Part shown: in pieces, positions 1-9,168 of the stretch
Layout: every line of letters begins with the position of its first letter
Numbering within the stretch: the stretch's first letter is position 1
Source: an uncultured Clostridia bacterium
Lineage (GTDB): Bacteria > Bacillota > Clostridia > TANB77 > CAG-508
Assembly: GCA_944388755.1 (NCBI GenBank)
Contig: CALXJY010000005.1
Span: 1 to 63,171 of the forward strand
Length of the DNA: 63,171 bases
Direction of reading: 5' to 3'
Made by a program: the position numbers and the translations under genes
The notes under the pieces: generated by a model
The model's input: the letters and a program-made list of their open reading frames with translations, nothing else
The model's database searches: none
What the model was told of the DNA's origin: nothing

Positions 1-60
1 ATCCTCCGTATTTTTACAGAGGATATTTTAGCATATTATCATCTCTTTGTCAACTAACTT

Positions 61-329
61 GACAAAGAACCAATTTAATATACAAGTATAACGGAAAAAC
101 ATACAATAATCTAAGCGATATAGCAAAAGATGCAAGTGGAATAATTAATGCAAATGACGACAATAAAGTAAAAGAAATTAAAATTGACTGGTCATGGAAT
201 TATGAAACAGGTTCAACAGAAAAGGAAAAAATAGCAAACAATAAACAAGACACAATTGATGCAAAAACAATAACAGATTATTCATTTGATATCATTGTAA
301 CAGGAATACAAGTAATACCAAATGCATAA
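61..329 (+). pseudogene. 5'-truncated fragment of a SipW-associated secreted protein (paralog of 1353..1952)
   Basis: The open frame 61..329 has no start codon and is preceded by an in-frame TGA (58-60). Its translation ...KIDWSWNYETGSTEKEKIANNKQDTIDAKTITDYSFDIIVTGIQVIPNA aligns with the C-terminus of the 1353..1952 product (...ISWYWQYENTQEGNKQDTIDSKNIQNYQFEILAFGESIV). The stop (327-329) overlaps the sipW ATG. Confidence 0.55.
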
Positions 330-723
330 AAAAATATTAAAGTTAAAAATAAAACCTAAAAAAGAAAATATTATTTTTATTCTAATTATTTTATTCTCAA
401 TAATTGTTATATCTATAAAATTTTTCACAAAAAATTCTCAACCATTTGGAGTTACCATATTACAGGTATCATCAAATAGTATGATGCCAACATTAAAAAA
501 AGGAGATTTTATTATTGTAAAGAAACAAAAAGAATATAACATAGGAGATATTATAACATATGAAATAACAGAAGGAAATAATAAATATTATGTGACACAT
601 AGAATTGTAGAAAAAAATGAAAATGAATACAGAACAAAAGGAGATGATAATAACAAAATAGATGATAATAAAATTTTTGAAAATGCTATAAAAGGAAAAT
701 TAATATTTCCAAATAGGAATTAA
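322..723 (+). CDS. sipW: signal peptidase I, SipW (ER/archaeal Ser-His) type
   Basis: 133-aa ORF with an N-terminal TM helix, Ser box SNSMMPTL, His box VTHRIV and a GDDN motif. It sits among secreted-protein paralogs. Confidence 0.8.
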   Translation: MHKKILKLKIKPKKENIIFILIILFSIIVISIKFFTKNSQPFGVTILQVSSNSMMPTLKKGDFIIVKKQKEYNIGDIITYEITEGNNKYYVTHRIVEKNENEYRTKGDDNNKIDDNKIFENAIKGKLIFPNRN

Positions 724-747
724 TAAGAATTAAATTTAAATAAAAGT

Positions 748-787
748 AATATCCCTTTTATACATTTATAAGGGATATTATTTTTTT
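748..787 (+). terminator. rho-independent terminator after sipW
   Basis: 10-bp stem aatatccctt/aagggatatt with a 12-nt loop, followed by a T7 run. Confidence 0.7.
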
Positions 788-801
788 AGAAAGGTAAAAA
801 A

Positions 802-1333
802 ATGAAAATAAAAAAAATAGAAAATAAATCACAAGGAAAATTAAAAAACATAACATATATCCTAATAATTGCAATTATAACAATTTTATTTTTTACAGGT
901 TACAGTATTCGGAAAAGGTATAAATCAAATAATTGTAAAAGGAAGTACACAAATAGCAGAACCAGTTATAGAGATAAAATCAAATCCTAAAATAGATATT
1001 ACAACAAATGAAAAAGAGGGAACATACACATTTTATGTAAGAAACTTTGATGAAAAAAATAAAATATCAGAAAGTAAAATACAGTATAAGCTAAAAATTC
1101 AAGACGACATAGACCAAAATTTAAAAAATACAATAAAATATGAAATGTATAAAAATGGAAAATTAATAGATTTAAAAAATCAGGAAACAGAATATATGGA
1201 ATTAACAAATACATCAAAACAAAATGATAAATATGAATTAAAAATAAAATATGTACATGATTCTAATTTAACATTAAATGAAATTGTAGGAAAAGTACAA
1301 ATAAAAATTCACTCACAACAATTAATAGTTTAG
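802..1333 (+). CDS. signal-anchored secreted protein (TasA/camelysin-neighbourhood type); needs a +1 shift at CGG-A 910-913
   Basis: ORF 802..990 (MKIKKIENKSQGKLKNITYILIIAIITILFFTGYSI-) leaves frame at the in-frame CGG 910-912. The +1 frame is open from 881 to 1333 and reads GKGINQIIVKGSTQIAEPVIEIK... The joined product is about 176 aa with an N-terminal signal or anchor. Confidence 0.6.
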
Positions 1334-1352
1334 TAAGGAGGCAATAAAAAAT

Positions 1353-1952
1353 ATGAAAAAAAAGAAATATATAATTATACTAATAATCTTAATTATTTGT
1401 ATAATATTGTATTTTAATAAATTTAGTTTTTATAAAGATTTATATGAAGATATTTTACTAATAACAGAAACTACTAATAATAAAAAACATAGCAATAATA
1501 AAAGTAAAGAAGAAAACAATAATGAAAATATAAAATATGTATTTAATATAAAATGCAAAGATACTAAACTAAAAGCTGTGAATTTAAGTGATACAATAAA
1601 AAAAGAAACTATGGTAAACGAAAAAATAGCACCTGGATTAAGTGGTAAATTTAGTATTGTTTTAAATGCTAATCAAGATACAAAATATAAAGTAATATTT
1701 AATAGTATAAATATAAAACCAAAAAATTTAAGATTTGTAAATGAAGAAACAAAAACAATAGTTAAAAACTTAGAAGAATTTGAAAAATTGCTTACAGGAA
1801 ATCTAAAAAAAGAGGAAACAAAAACAATAACAATTTCATGGTATTGGCAATATGAGAATACACAAGAAGGAAATAAACAAGACACTATAGATAGTAAAAA
1901 TATACAAAATTATCAATTTGAAATTTTAGCTTTTGGAGAATCTATAGTTTAA
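1353..1952 (+). CDS. secreted protein, SipW-substrate-like (paralog of fragment 61..329)
   Basis: RBS aaggagg lies upstream. The protein has an N-terminal K-rich plus hydrophobic signal, and a C-terminal WYWQYEN...QDTID...F.I motif shared with the upstream fragment. Confidence 0.7.
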   Translation: MKKKKYIIILIILIICIILYFNKFSFYKDLYEDILLITETTNNKKHSNNKSKEENNNENIKYVFNIKCKDTKLKAVNLSDTIKKETMVNEKIAPGLSGKFSIVLNANQDTKYKVIFNSINIKPKNLRFVNEETKTIVKNLEEFEKLLTGNLKKEETKTITISWYWQYENTQEGNKQDTIDSKNIQNYQFEILAFGESIV

Positions 1953-2017
1953 AAGTATATTAAACACCTATATACATATTAAAAAATAAATAAATTTAAA
2001 ATGAAAGGTGGAATTAA

Positions 2018-2713
2018 ATGAAAAAAATATTTGTCATAATATATATATTCATTTGTTGTATTATGATTAGTACAAATGCAAATGCAAAATACATATATGA
2101 TGAAATTATAGAAGTTGCAGATATAAATATTAAAATTACTGTTCCAAAATTGAGAGTAACAAAATATACTGGAGGAAAGCCTGAATACAACTATAACATT
2201 TTTGCATCAAGTGCAATAATACTAAATGTAGAAGCATTAGGAGATGGAATTGAACAAATGCAAAAAGACAAAATAGAGTGTTTAATAGATGGGAAAGCAA
2301 TTGAAGTTGAAAAAATTGGCATTACCAAATTAAGGAATGTAGAAGGAGGAATTGAATTCTACATAAAAATTACAGGATTTCACACTGAAGAAGAAGGAAT
2401 GATAAGCGTTGTATTTAAAGAAGGTGCAGTAATAGATAAAAATGGAATTCCAAATAAAGAATTTAGATATGATACAGTAACATTTATAAATAAAGGAGCT
2501 CCTAATTTAACTGTTGTACAGAAAAAATTAGAAGACGGAAGTGTAGAAGTTAAAATTATAGCAGATGAACCAGTAAAAGAAGTAGAAAACTGGACAAGAG
2601 ATGAAACAATGACAATTTTAACTAGAATATATACAGAATCAACAACAGAAAGAGTTGGAGTTAACGACTTTGGTGGAAACCTAACAATGGCAGACATTAA
2701 AGTAATAATATAG
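2018..2713 (+). CDS. secreted protein of unknown function
   Basis: RBS aaaggtgg lies upstream. Classical signal peptide MKKIFVIIYIFICCIMISTNANA/KY; 231 aa, beta-rich composition. Confidence 0.65.
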   Translation: MKKIFVIIYIFICCIMISTNANAKYIYDEIIEVADINIKITVPKLRVTKYTGGKPEYNYNIFASSAIILNVEALGDGIEQMQKDKIECLIDGKAIEVEKIGITKLRNVEGGIEFYIKITGFHTEEEGMISVVFKEGAVIDKNGIPNKEFRYDTVTFINKGAPNLTVVQKKLEDGSVEVKIIADEPVKEVENWTRDETMTILTRIYTESTTERVGVNDFGGNLTMADIKVII

Positions 2714-2904
2714 TAATTAAAGTATAGACAAAATCAAAAAATTATGTTATTATAATAGCAGTTTTAAATTTGAAATAGCATAAAATATATTATCCTTATA
2801 GGAAATGAATTTAAATTTTATATATTTTATTAAAAAATATAAGCATTTCCTATAAGGACAAGTATTAATTAAACATAAAAATATTTTAAATAAAACTAAC
2901 ATAT

Positions 2905-2979
2905 TGGGGCATAGCCAAGCGGTAAGGCAACCGGCTCTGACCCGGTCATGCGTAAGTTCGAATCTTACTGCCCCAGCCA
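2905..2979 (+). tRNA. tRNA-Gln (anticodon CUG)
   Basis: 75-nt cloverleaf: acceptor tggggca/tgcccca, D arm gcc-aagcggtaa-ggc, anticodon stem accgg/ccggt with loop cTCTGAc, T arm gtaag-ttcgaat-cttac, discriminator G and encoded CCA. It shows the U1-A72 and D-loop signature of bacterial tRNA-Gln. Confidence 0.9.
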
Positions 2980-3002
2980 AGAATTTTAAAGAGAGGTATA
3001 TA

Positions 3003-3836
3003 ATGGAAAACGAAAGAAAACAAAAAATAAAGTATCTAAGTGAAATTGCAAAAAAAATCAGAAAATCCATAATACAAGAAGTATATTATGGAAAATCGGG
3101 ACATATTGGTGGCTCACTTTCTATTGCAGATATAATAACAGTACTATACTTTGATGAGATGAAAATAGATCCACAAAATCCAAATATGGAAAACAGAGAT
3201 AGATTTGTATTATCAAAAGGGCATTGTTCTCCAGCTTTATATGCTACACTTGCATATAGAGGTTTTTTTGATGTAGAAAAATTAAAAACATTTAGAAATA
3301 TCAATAGTAATTTACAAGGACATCCAGATAAAAAAAATATTCCAGGAGTAGATATGTCCACAGGTTCTTTAGGACAAGGACTATCTATTGCAAATGGTAT
3401 GGCATTAGCAGGAAAAATTGATAAAAAAGATTATAGAGTATATTGTATTTTAGGAGATGGAGAAATAGAGGAAGGACAAATTTGGGAATCAGCAATGACA
3501 GCCAATAAATATAAATTAGATAATTTATGTGTAATTATAGATAACAACAACTTACAGATAGATGGTACAATAGAGGAAGTAATGAGTTCATACCCAATAG
3601 ACCAAAAATTTAGAAGCTTTGGATTCGAAATAATAAAAATAGATGGACATGATATAAATGAAATACTAAATGCATTTGAAGTTGCAAAAAATGTAAAAAA
3701 TAAACCAACATGTATTATTGCAAAAACAATAAAAGGAAAAGGAGTATCATTTATGGAAAATAAAGCAGAATGGCATGGCAAGGCTCCAAATGAAGAACAA
3801 TATAATAAGGCAATGGAAGAATTAAATAAGCAATAA
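3003..3836 (+). CDS. transketolase, N-terminal (TPP-binding) subunit
   Basis: MENERKQ... with GHIGGSLS, RDRFVLSKGH, GSLGQGLS and GDGEIEEGQIWE motifs. The track ORF start at 2904 lies inside the tRNA, so I chose ATG 3003 after gagagg. Confidence 0.85.
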   Translation: MENERKQKIKYLSEIAKKIRKSIIQEVYYGKSGHIGGSLSIADIITVLYFDEMKIDPQNPNMENRDRFVLSKGHCSPALYATLAYRGFFDVEKLKTFRNINSNLQGHPDKKNIPGVDMSTGSLGQGLSIANGMALAGKIDKKDYRVYCILGDGEIEEGQIWESAMTANKYKLDNLCVIIDNNNLQIDGTIEEVMSSYPIDQKFRSFGFEIIKIDGHDINEILNAFEVAKNVKNKPTCIIAKTIKGKGVSFMENKAEWHGKAPNEEQYNKAMEELNKQ

Positions 3837-3953
3837 AAAAAGCAATATTATGCAAACAAATGACATTAAAATAGATTTAAAACCGCTATTACAAATTAAT
3901 ATGAGAAAGATATAAAAAAAGGTCTAGAAACGCAGATAAAAACGAAAAAAATG

Positions 3954-3982
3954 TTGACAAAACTGTATAAATATGTTAAAAT
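3954..3982 (+). promoter_or_regulatory. sigma-A-type promoter of rplU-rpmA
   Basis: TTGACA (3954-3959), 17-nt spacer, TGtTAAAAT extended -10 (3974-3982). A leader of about 90 nt follows, which may be an L21-type ribosomal leader (fold not verified). Confidence 0.6.
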
Positions 3983-4083
3983 ATATAACTGTAATCCGCT
4001 TAGTCAAGGTTATAAAATACTAATAAGTTAGTTACCTTTTTTAAGGATTAGCGAGTATACAAATAAGGGAGGTGCATTTAAAA

Positions 4084-4482
4084 ATGTACGCAATCATTGA
4101 AAGTTGTGGAAAACAATACAAAGTAACAGAAGGAGATTTAGTATTTTTTGAAAAATTAGATGCAGAGGAAGGTAAAAAAGTTACATTTGATAAAATAGTT
4201 TTAGTATCTGATAATGGAAAAGTACAAGTAGGAACTCCTTATGTTAAAGGTGTAAAAGTTGAAGGAAAAGTAATTTCACATGGTAAAGGTAAAAAAATAA
4301 TTGTTTTCAAAATGAAACCAAAAAAGAATTATAGAAGAAAACAAGGTCATAGACAACCATATACAAAAGTAGAAATTACAGCAATCAAAACATCAGAAAA
4401 AAAAGCTGATACAACAAAAAAAGAAACAGCAGAAACAAAAACAGCAACTGCTAGAAAAACTACAAAAAAAGTAGAAGCATAA
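4084..4482 (+). CDS. rplU: 50S ribosomal protein L21
   Basis: [18 protein letters not shown]... is the canonical L21 N-terminus; RBS gggagg at 4067-4072. It carries a Lys/Thr-rich C-terminal tail. Confidence 0.93.
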   Translation: MYAIIESCGKQYKVTEGDLVFFEKLDAEEGKKVTFDKIVLVSDNGKVQVGTPYVKGVKVEGKVISHGKGKKIIVFKMKPKKNYRRKQGHRQPYTKVEITAIKTSEKKADTTKKETAETKTATARKTTKKVEA

Positions 4483-4549
4483 GAAATCTTGAATTTTAAA
4501 ATTTTATTTAATAGTATAGAAATCTTAACATTTGAAGGGAGTGAAAAAC

Positions 4550-4813
4550 ATGGCTCATAAAAAAGGTCAAGGTAGCAGTAATAATGGTAGAGAGAGTGAA
4601 TCAAAACGTCTTGGTGTAAAAAGAGCTGATGGTCAATTTGTATTAGCAGGAAATATATTAATAAGACAAAGAGGAACAAATGTGCATCCAGGAAATAATG
4701 TAGGCAAAGGTAGTGATGATACATTATACGCATTAATAGATGGAACAGTTAAATTTGAAAGAAAAGGTAGAGGCAAAAAACAAGTTAGCGTTTACCCAGT
4801 AAGTAAAAAATAA
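4550..4813 (+). CDS. rpmA: 50S ribosomal protein L27 (no N-terminal pro-sequence)
   Basis: [24 protein letters not shown]... matches the mature L27 N-terminus; RBS gaagggag is upstream of ATG 4550. Confidence 0.93.
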   Translation: MAHKKGQGSSNNGRESESKRLGVKRADGQFVLAGNILIRQRGTNVHPGNNVGKGSDDTLYALIDGTVKFERKGRGKKQVSVYPVSKK

Positions 4814-4818
4814 CTAAT

Positions 4819-4860
4819 AAAAGACATGTAAAACTAAAAATGTTTGCATGTCTTTTATTA
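4819..4860 (+). terminator. rho-independent terminator after rpmA
   Basis: Stem aaaagacatg/catgtctttt followed by a T-rich tail. Confidence 0.65.
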
Positions 4861-4895
4861 TAAGTATAGAAAAATTAATTTTTTTTTAAAAACCA

Positions 4896-4924
4896 TTTAC
4901 AAAATATTAAAATTTGTATACAAT
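4896..4924 (+). promoter_or_regulatory. putative sigma-A promoter of the GT4 gene
   Basis: TTTACA (4896-4901), 17-nt spacer, TACAAT (4919-4924). Confidence 0.45.
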
Positions 4925-4981
4925 ATACTAAGTAGGAAAAATGTCAGAAAACAAAAGAAGATGTAGAAAGGGAGTATATTA

Positions 4982-6274
4982 ATGAAAATATTAATGTTAA
5001 CATGGGAATATCCACCAAGAGTTGTAGGTGGAATATCAAGAGTCGTATATGATTTATCAAGAACATTATTAAAAGATGGTCATGATGTAACAGTTGTAAC
5101 ATATAGAGATGGAGATGTACCATATTTTGAAGATGACAAAGGAGTAAAAGTATATAGAGTAGATAATTATATGATAAACCCAAATAATTTTATTGATTGG
5201 ATAATGCAATTAAATTTTTCATTAGTTGCAAAGGCAAATGAGATAATTGCAGAACAAGGAAATTTTGATGTAATACATGCACATGACTGGCTTGTAGCAT
5301 ATGCAGCTAAAACATTAAAAAATTCATATAATATACCAATAGTAGCAACAATACATGCAACAGAAGCAGGAAGAAATAGTGGAATACATGATGAAACACA
5401 AAGATATATAAATGATACAGAATGGATGCTTACATATGAGGCATCAGAAGTTATAGTTAACAGCAATTATATGAAAGGTGAATTACAAAGGCTATTTGGA
5501 TTACCATATGAAAAGATAAATGTTATTCCAAATGGAGTAAATATCAATTTATTTAATGGAATAGAAAAAGATTATAATTTCAGAAGAAGATTTGCAATGG
5601 ATAATGAGAAAATAATCTTATTTATGGGAAGATTAGTATATGAAAAAGGAATACAATATTTAATATCAGCAATGCCAAAAATACTACAAGGATATCATGA
5701 TACAAAACTTGTAATATGTGGTAAAGGTGGAATGTTAGATGAACTAAAAGAACAAGTAAATAATATGGGAATTTCACAAAAAGTATACTTTGCAGGATAC
5801 ATGCATGGAAAAGATGTACAAAAAATGTACAAAGCTGCAGATGTAGCAGTATTTCCAAGTACATATGAGCCATTTGGAATAGTAGCACTAGAAGCAATGC
5901 TATCAGAAAATCCAGTAGTAGTATCAGATATTGGAGGATTAAATGAAATAGTTGAACATAAAGTAAATGGAATGAAAACTTATTGTGGAAATCCAAACTC
6001 AATAGCAGACTCAATACTAGAAGTATTGTATGATCACAAATTATGTGCAGAAATGGCAAAAAGAGCAAAAAATAAAGTTAGAAATGAATACAACTGGAAT
6101 AAGATTGCACAAGACACACATTTTGCATATCAAAAAGCAATATGTCAGTCAATGGCAGAAAAGCAAAAAAGAGAACTTGAACAAGAAAGAGCTAGAAAAA
6201 CTAAAAAAGCTGAAAATTCAGAAAAACAAATTACAAACTTACTTAGTTTCAGAAAACGTCAAGCATATGCATAA
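4982..6274 (+). CDS. glycosyltransferase family 4 (GT-B fold)
   Basis: MKILMLTWEYPPRVVGGISRVVYDL... N-terminus and a C-terminal EPFGIVALEAM motif typical of GT4 / glycogen-synthase-like enzymes. It has a Lys/Glu-rich C-terminal tail. Confidence 0.8.
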   Translation: MKILMLTWEYPPRVVGGISRVVYDLSRTLLKDGHDVTVVTYRDGDVPYFEDDKGVKVYRVDNYMINPNNFIDWIMQLNFSLVAKANEIIAEQGNFDVIHAHDWLVAYAAKTLKNSYNIPIVATIHATEAGRNSGIHDETQRYINDTEWMLTYEASEVIVNSNYMKGELQRLFGLPYEKINVIPNGVNINLFNGIEKDYNFRRRFAMDNEKIILFMGRLVYEKGIQYLISAMPKILQGYHDTKLVICGKGGMLDELKEQVNNMGISQKVYFAGYMHGKDVQKMYKAADVAVFPSTYEPFGIVALEAMLSENPVVVSDIGGLNEIVEHKVNGMKTYCGNPNSIADSILEVLYDHKLCAEMAKRAKNKVRNEYNWNKIAQDTHFAYQKAICQSMAEKQKRELEQERARKTKKAENSEKQITNLLSFRKRQAYA

Positions 6275-6289
6275 GGGCAAATTATTAGG

Positions 6290-6333
6290 ACGATTCTGTT
6301 TTTCCCTTAGGGCGAAGAAACAGAATCGTTTTA
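6290..6333 (+). terminator. rho-independent terminator
   Basis: 12-bp stem acgattctgttt/aaacagaatcgt followed by TTT. Confidence 0.75.
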
Positions 6334-6562
6334 ATGTATAAAAAAATCGAATATTATCTAGAACATATATAAGGTTTTAATAAACTTATTATATGTAAAG
6401 AAAAATAAGTTTTGTTTAAATAAATAGATATCAAAAAGTATATGATAAATAGTAAACAAAAAATATTATACAATTAAACTAAAAATAAATTAATAAAAAT
6501 TCACTAATTCTACAAATTTAGCAAAAAAATAGTGTATAATATGTATAATGGAGGATACAAAA

Positions 6563-7465
6563 ATGCAAGAATTTAAATCAGGATTTGTAACAATGATAGG
6601 AAGAACAAATGTAGGAAAATCAACATTAATAAATTTATTAGTAGGAGAAAAAATAGCAGCTATTGCAAACAAGGTTCAAACAACAAGAACAGCAATAAAA
6701 GGAATAATAAACACACCAAATTCTCAAATTATAATAACAGATACACCAGGTATACATAAACCAAAACATAAATTAAACGAAACAATGATAGAAACATCTT
6801 TTACATCATTACAAGATGCTGATATCATCTTATTTCTAATAGATGCAACAAGCAAGGAAATAGGTAGGGGAGATAAAAGAATTTTAGAAAAAATAAAAGA
6901 AGCAAACAAAAAAACAATTTTAATAATAAACAAAATTGATTTAATAAAAAAAGAAGAACTACTAAATTTAATTGATATATATAGAAAAGAATATAACTTT
7001 GAAGCGATAATACCAATTTCAGCACTAAAATCAAAATATAGAGAAATAATTATAAAAGAAATAGAAAAGAACCTAAATAAAGGTCCAGCATATTATGATA
7101 TAGAAGAATATACAGACCAAACACTAAGACAGCTAGCAGAAGAAACAATAAGAGAAAAAGCATTAAAACTTTTGCAAGATGAAGTACCACATGGAATTTA
7201 TGTAGAAGTCGAAAAAATGAAACTAAGAAAAAATAAGAAAAATGAGGACATATATGATATAGAAGCAACAATTTATTGTATTAGAGAATCACATAAAGGA
7301 ATTATTATAGGAAAAAATGGAGAAATGTTAAAAAAAATTGGGAGAATGGCAAGAATAGACATGGAAGAAAACTTTGGAATAAAAGTAAATTTAAAAACAT
7401 GGGTAAAAACAAAAGAAAACTGGTTAGATAATGCAAATATTGTTGATAAATTTAAATTAAAATAA
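6563..7465 (+). CDS. era: GTPase Era
   Basis: G1 GRTNVGKST, G3 DTPG, NKID and a C-terminal KH domain. ATG 6563 lies 7 nt after GGAGGA. An extended -10 TGtTATAAT is at 6532-6540. Confidence 0.92.
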   Translation: MQEFKSGFVTMIGRTNVGKSTLINLLVGEKIAAIANKVQTTRTAIKGIINTPNSQIIITDTPGIHKPKHKLNETMIETSFTSLQDADIILFLIDATSKEIGRGDKRILEKIKEANKKTILIINKIDLIKKEELLNLIDIYRKEYNFEAIIPISALKSKYREIIIKEIEKNLNKGPAYYDIEEYTDQTLRQLAEETIREKALKLLQDEVPHGIYVEVEKMKLRKNKKNEDIYDIEATIYCIRESHKGIIIGKNGEMLKKIGRMARIDMEENFGIKVNLKTWVKTKENWLDNANIVDKFKLK

Positions 7466-7604
7466 AGAATAAAATTCTAAAAAATGCAAAAGATAAAATT
7501 ATAAGGGTACACAATTTTTATAAAAATTGGTACACTAATAAAGATGTGACATATAAATAAACTAAAAGTATAAAAAAATATGTCACTAAAAGGAGATGAT
7601 AAAC

Positions 7605-7781
7605 ATGATAAAGAAAATTGCATGGGATATGTTTAAAAATACTGGAGACATAAACAGTTTTTTAGAATTTAAACAAATAGAAGATGCACAAAAAAAAATA
7701 GATAATACAATATATATAGATGAAATAAAAAAAATACAAGAGATAACAAATATAGGAGTAGAAAATAAAAAAGATAAATAG
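7605..7781 (+). CDS. yqzL: YqzL-family small protein
   Basis: MIKKIAWDMFKNTGDINSFLEFKQIE... It occupies the same position (between era and recO) as yqzL in Bacillus. Confidence 0.7.
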   Translation: MIKKIAWDMFKNTGDINSFLEFKQIEDAQKKIDNTIYIDEIKKIQEITNIGVENKKDK

Positions 7782-7792
7782 AAGGGAAAAAA

Positions 7793-8521
7793 ATGGCAAC
7801 AACAAAAGTACATGGAATAATATTATCTGAAAGTAATATGGGAGACTATGATAAAATGCTAACAATGCTTACACCAAATTTTGGAAAGATATCATGCAGT
7901 GCAAAAGGTGCAAGAAAGCCTAAAAGTAGTCTCCTAGCTGGTACACAGATATTCTGCTTTGGAGAATATCTAATGTATAAAGGAACAAGTACATATCATA
8001 TAAATTCATGTGAGACAATAGAAATGTTTTATAAAATCAGAACAGATTTAGATAAACTTAAATATGCGATACATATAAATAAAATAATACTAGATCTAAC
8101 AGAAGAAAATGAAAATTGCTACAATATATTGCAATTACTTTTAAACACACTATATATTATTTCAGAAACAGATAAAAATTTAGATTTAACATTAGGAATA
8201 TTCAAATTGAGATTAGCTTGTATATTAGGATTTAAACCAAGAATATTACAATGTACAAGTTGCAATGAAAAAGAGAAGTTGAATTATTTTAGCATAAAGG
8301 ACAATGGTTTTAAATGTGAAGCATGTGGAAGGCAAGATAAATCTGCAATAAGTATTACTGAAAGTACCAAAAATGCAATAAAATATGTAGTTACAGCACC
8401 TGCAAAAAAACTATTTTCTTTTGAACTAAAAGAAGATGCATTAAAGGAATTTAAATTAATAACAAAAATATACTTTAATCAAAAAATGGAAAAAGAGTAT
8501 AAATTAGAAGAATTATTTTAA
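7793..8521 (+). CDS. recO: DNA repair protein RecO
   Basis: N-terminal OB fold (VHGIILSESNMGDYDKMLTMLTPNFGKISCSAKGARK) and a CxxC...CxxC zinc motif (CTSCNEKE...CEACG). Confidence 0.88.
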   Translation: MATTKVHGIILSESNMGDYDKMLTMLTPNFGKISCSAKGARKPKSSLLAGTQIFCFGEYLMYKGTSTYHINSCETIEMFYKIRTDLDKLKYAIHINKIILDLTEENENCYNILQLLLNTLYIISETDKNLDLTLGIFKLRLACILGFKPRILQCTSCNEKEKLNYFSIKDNGFKCEACGRQDKSAISITESTKNAIKYVVTAPAKKLFSFELKEDALKEFKLITKIYFNQKMEKEYKLEELF

Positions 8522-8526
8522 AATAG

Positions 8527-8555
8527 TTGAAAAAAAAAGAAATAACATATATAAT
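8527..8555 (+). promoter_or_regulatory. putative sigma-A promoter of hpf
   Basis: TTGAAA (8527-8532), 17-nt spacer, TATAAT (8550-8555). Confidence 0.5.
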
Positions 8556-8602
8556 ATGAATATACAATAAATAAAAACAAAAAAGAGAAGGGAGCGATTT
8601 TT

Positions 8603-9130
8603 ATGAAAATAAAAATAACAGGAAAAGAACTAAAGATAACAGAAGCACTAAATGATTATGTTGAAAAAAAATTAGATAGAATTGACAAATATTTTGAAAA
8701 TGCAGAAGCAGATGTTACTCTAAGGACAGAAAAAAATGAACAAATTGCAGAAATATGTGTATTAGCAAATGGAGAAAGATTTAGAGCAGTGGTTGAAGAT
8801 AAAGACCTATATGCTTCAATAGATAAAGACATAGACATATTAGAAGGACAAATTAGAAAATCAAAAACAAAAAAAGAAAAAATGATGAAAGATGGTTCAA
8901 TTCGAAATATGGAAGTTCAAAATGATACAGTGGCAGAAATTGCAAATGAAATAATAAAAACATCATATTATGAAATAAAACCTATGACACCAGAAGATGC
9001 AGTACTAAAATTACAAGAGAAACCATCACATAATTTCTATACATTTATAAACATAGAAACTGGAAAAGTAAATGTGATACATAAATTAAAAGATGGAAAA
9101 AACTATGGATTAGTAGAACCAGAAGCATAA
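8603..9130 (+). CDS. hpf: ribosome hibernation promoting factor, long form
   Basis: MKIKITGKELKITEALNDYVEKKLDRIDKYF... plus the C-terminal dimerisation domain of long HPF. Confidence 0.88.
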   Translation: MKIKITGKELKITEALNDYVEKKLDRIDKYFENAEADVTLRTEKNEQIAEICVLANGERFRAVVEDKDLYASIDKDIDILEGQIRKSKTKKEKMMKDGSIRNMEVQNDTVAEIANEIIKTSYYEIKPMTPEDAVLKLQEKPSHNFYTFINIETGKVNVIHKLKDGKNYGLVEPEA

Positions 9131-9131
9131 T

Positions 9132-9152
9132 AGAGGGAACCCCCCTCTTTTT
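9132..9152 (+). terminator. rho-independent terminator after hpf
   Basis: Stem agaggg/ccctct followed by TTTT. Confidence 0.6.
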
Positions 9153-9168
9153 AAATAGGTGATAATAA

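Noticed and set aside
1-24. The hairpin atcctccgta-tttt-tacagaggat at the window start as a group II intron domain V or an IS end.
   Set aside because: It lacks the domain V AGC triad, the 2-nt bulge and the GNRA loop. With only 60 nt of context, no mobile-element assignment is supportable.
2904-3002. The track ORF start at 2904 for the transketolase gene, and the antisense ORF 2750..3070.
   Set aside because: Positions 2905-2979 form a canonical tRNA-Gln cloverleaf. The transketolase homology begins at ATG 3003, and the antisense ORF merely reads through the tRNA.
6030-6341. The 103-aa ORF overlapping the end of the GT4 gene.
   Set aside because: It lies out of frame within the GT4 coding sequence and runs through the terminator hairpin at 6290-6333. 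It is Lys-rich junk translation.
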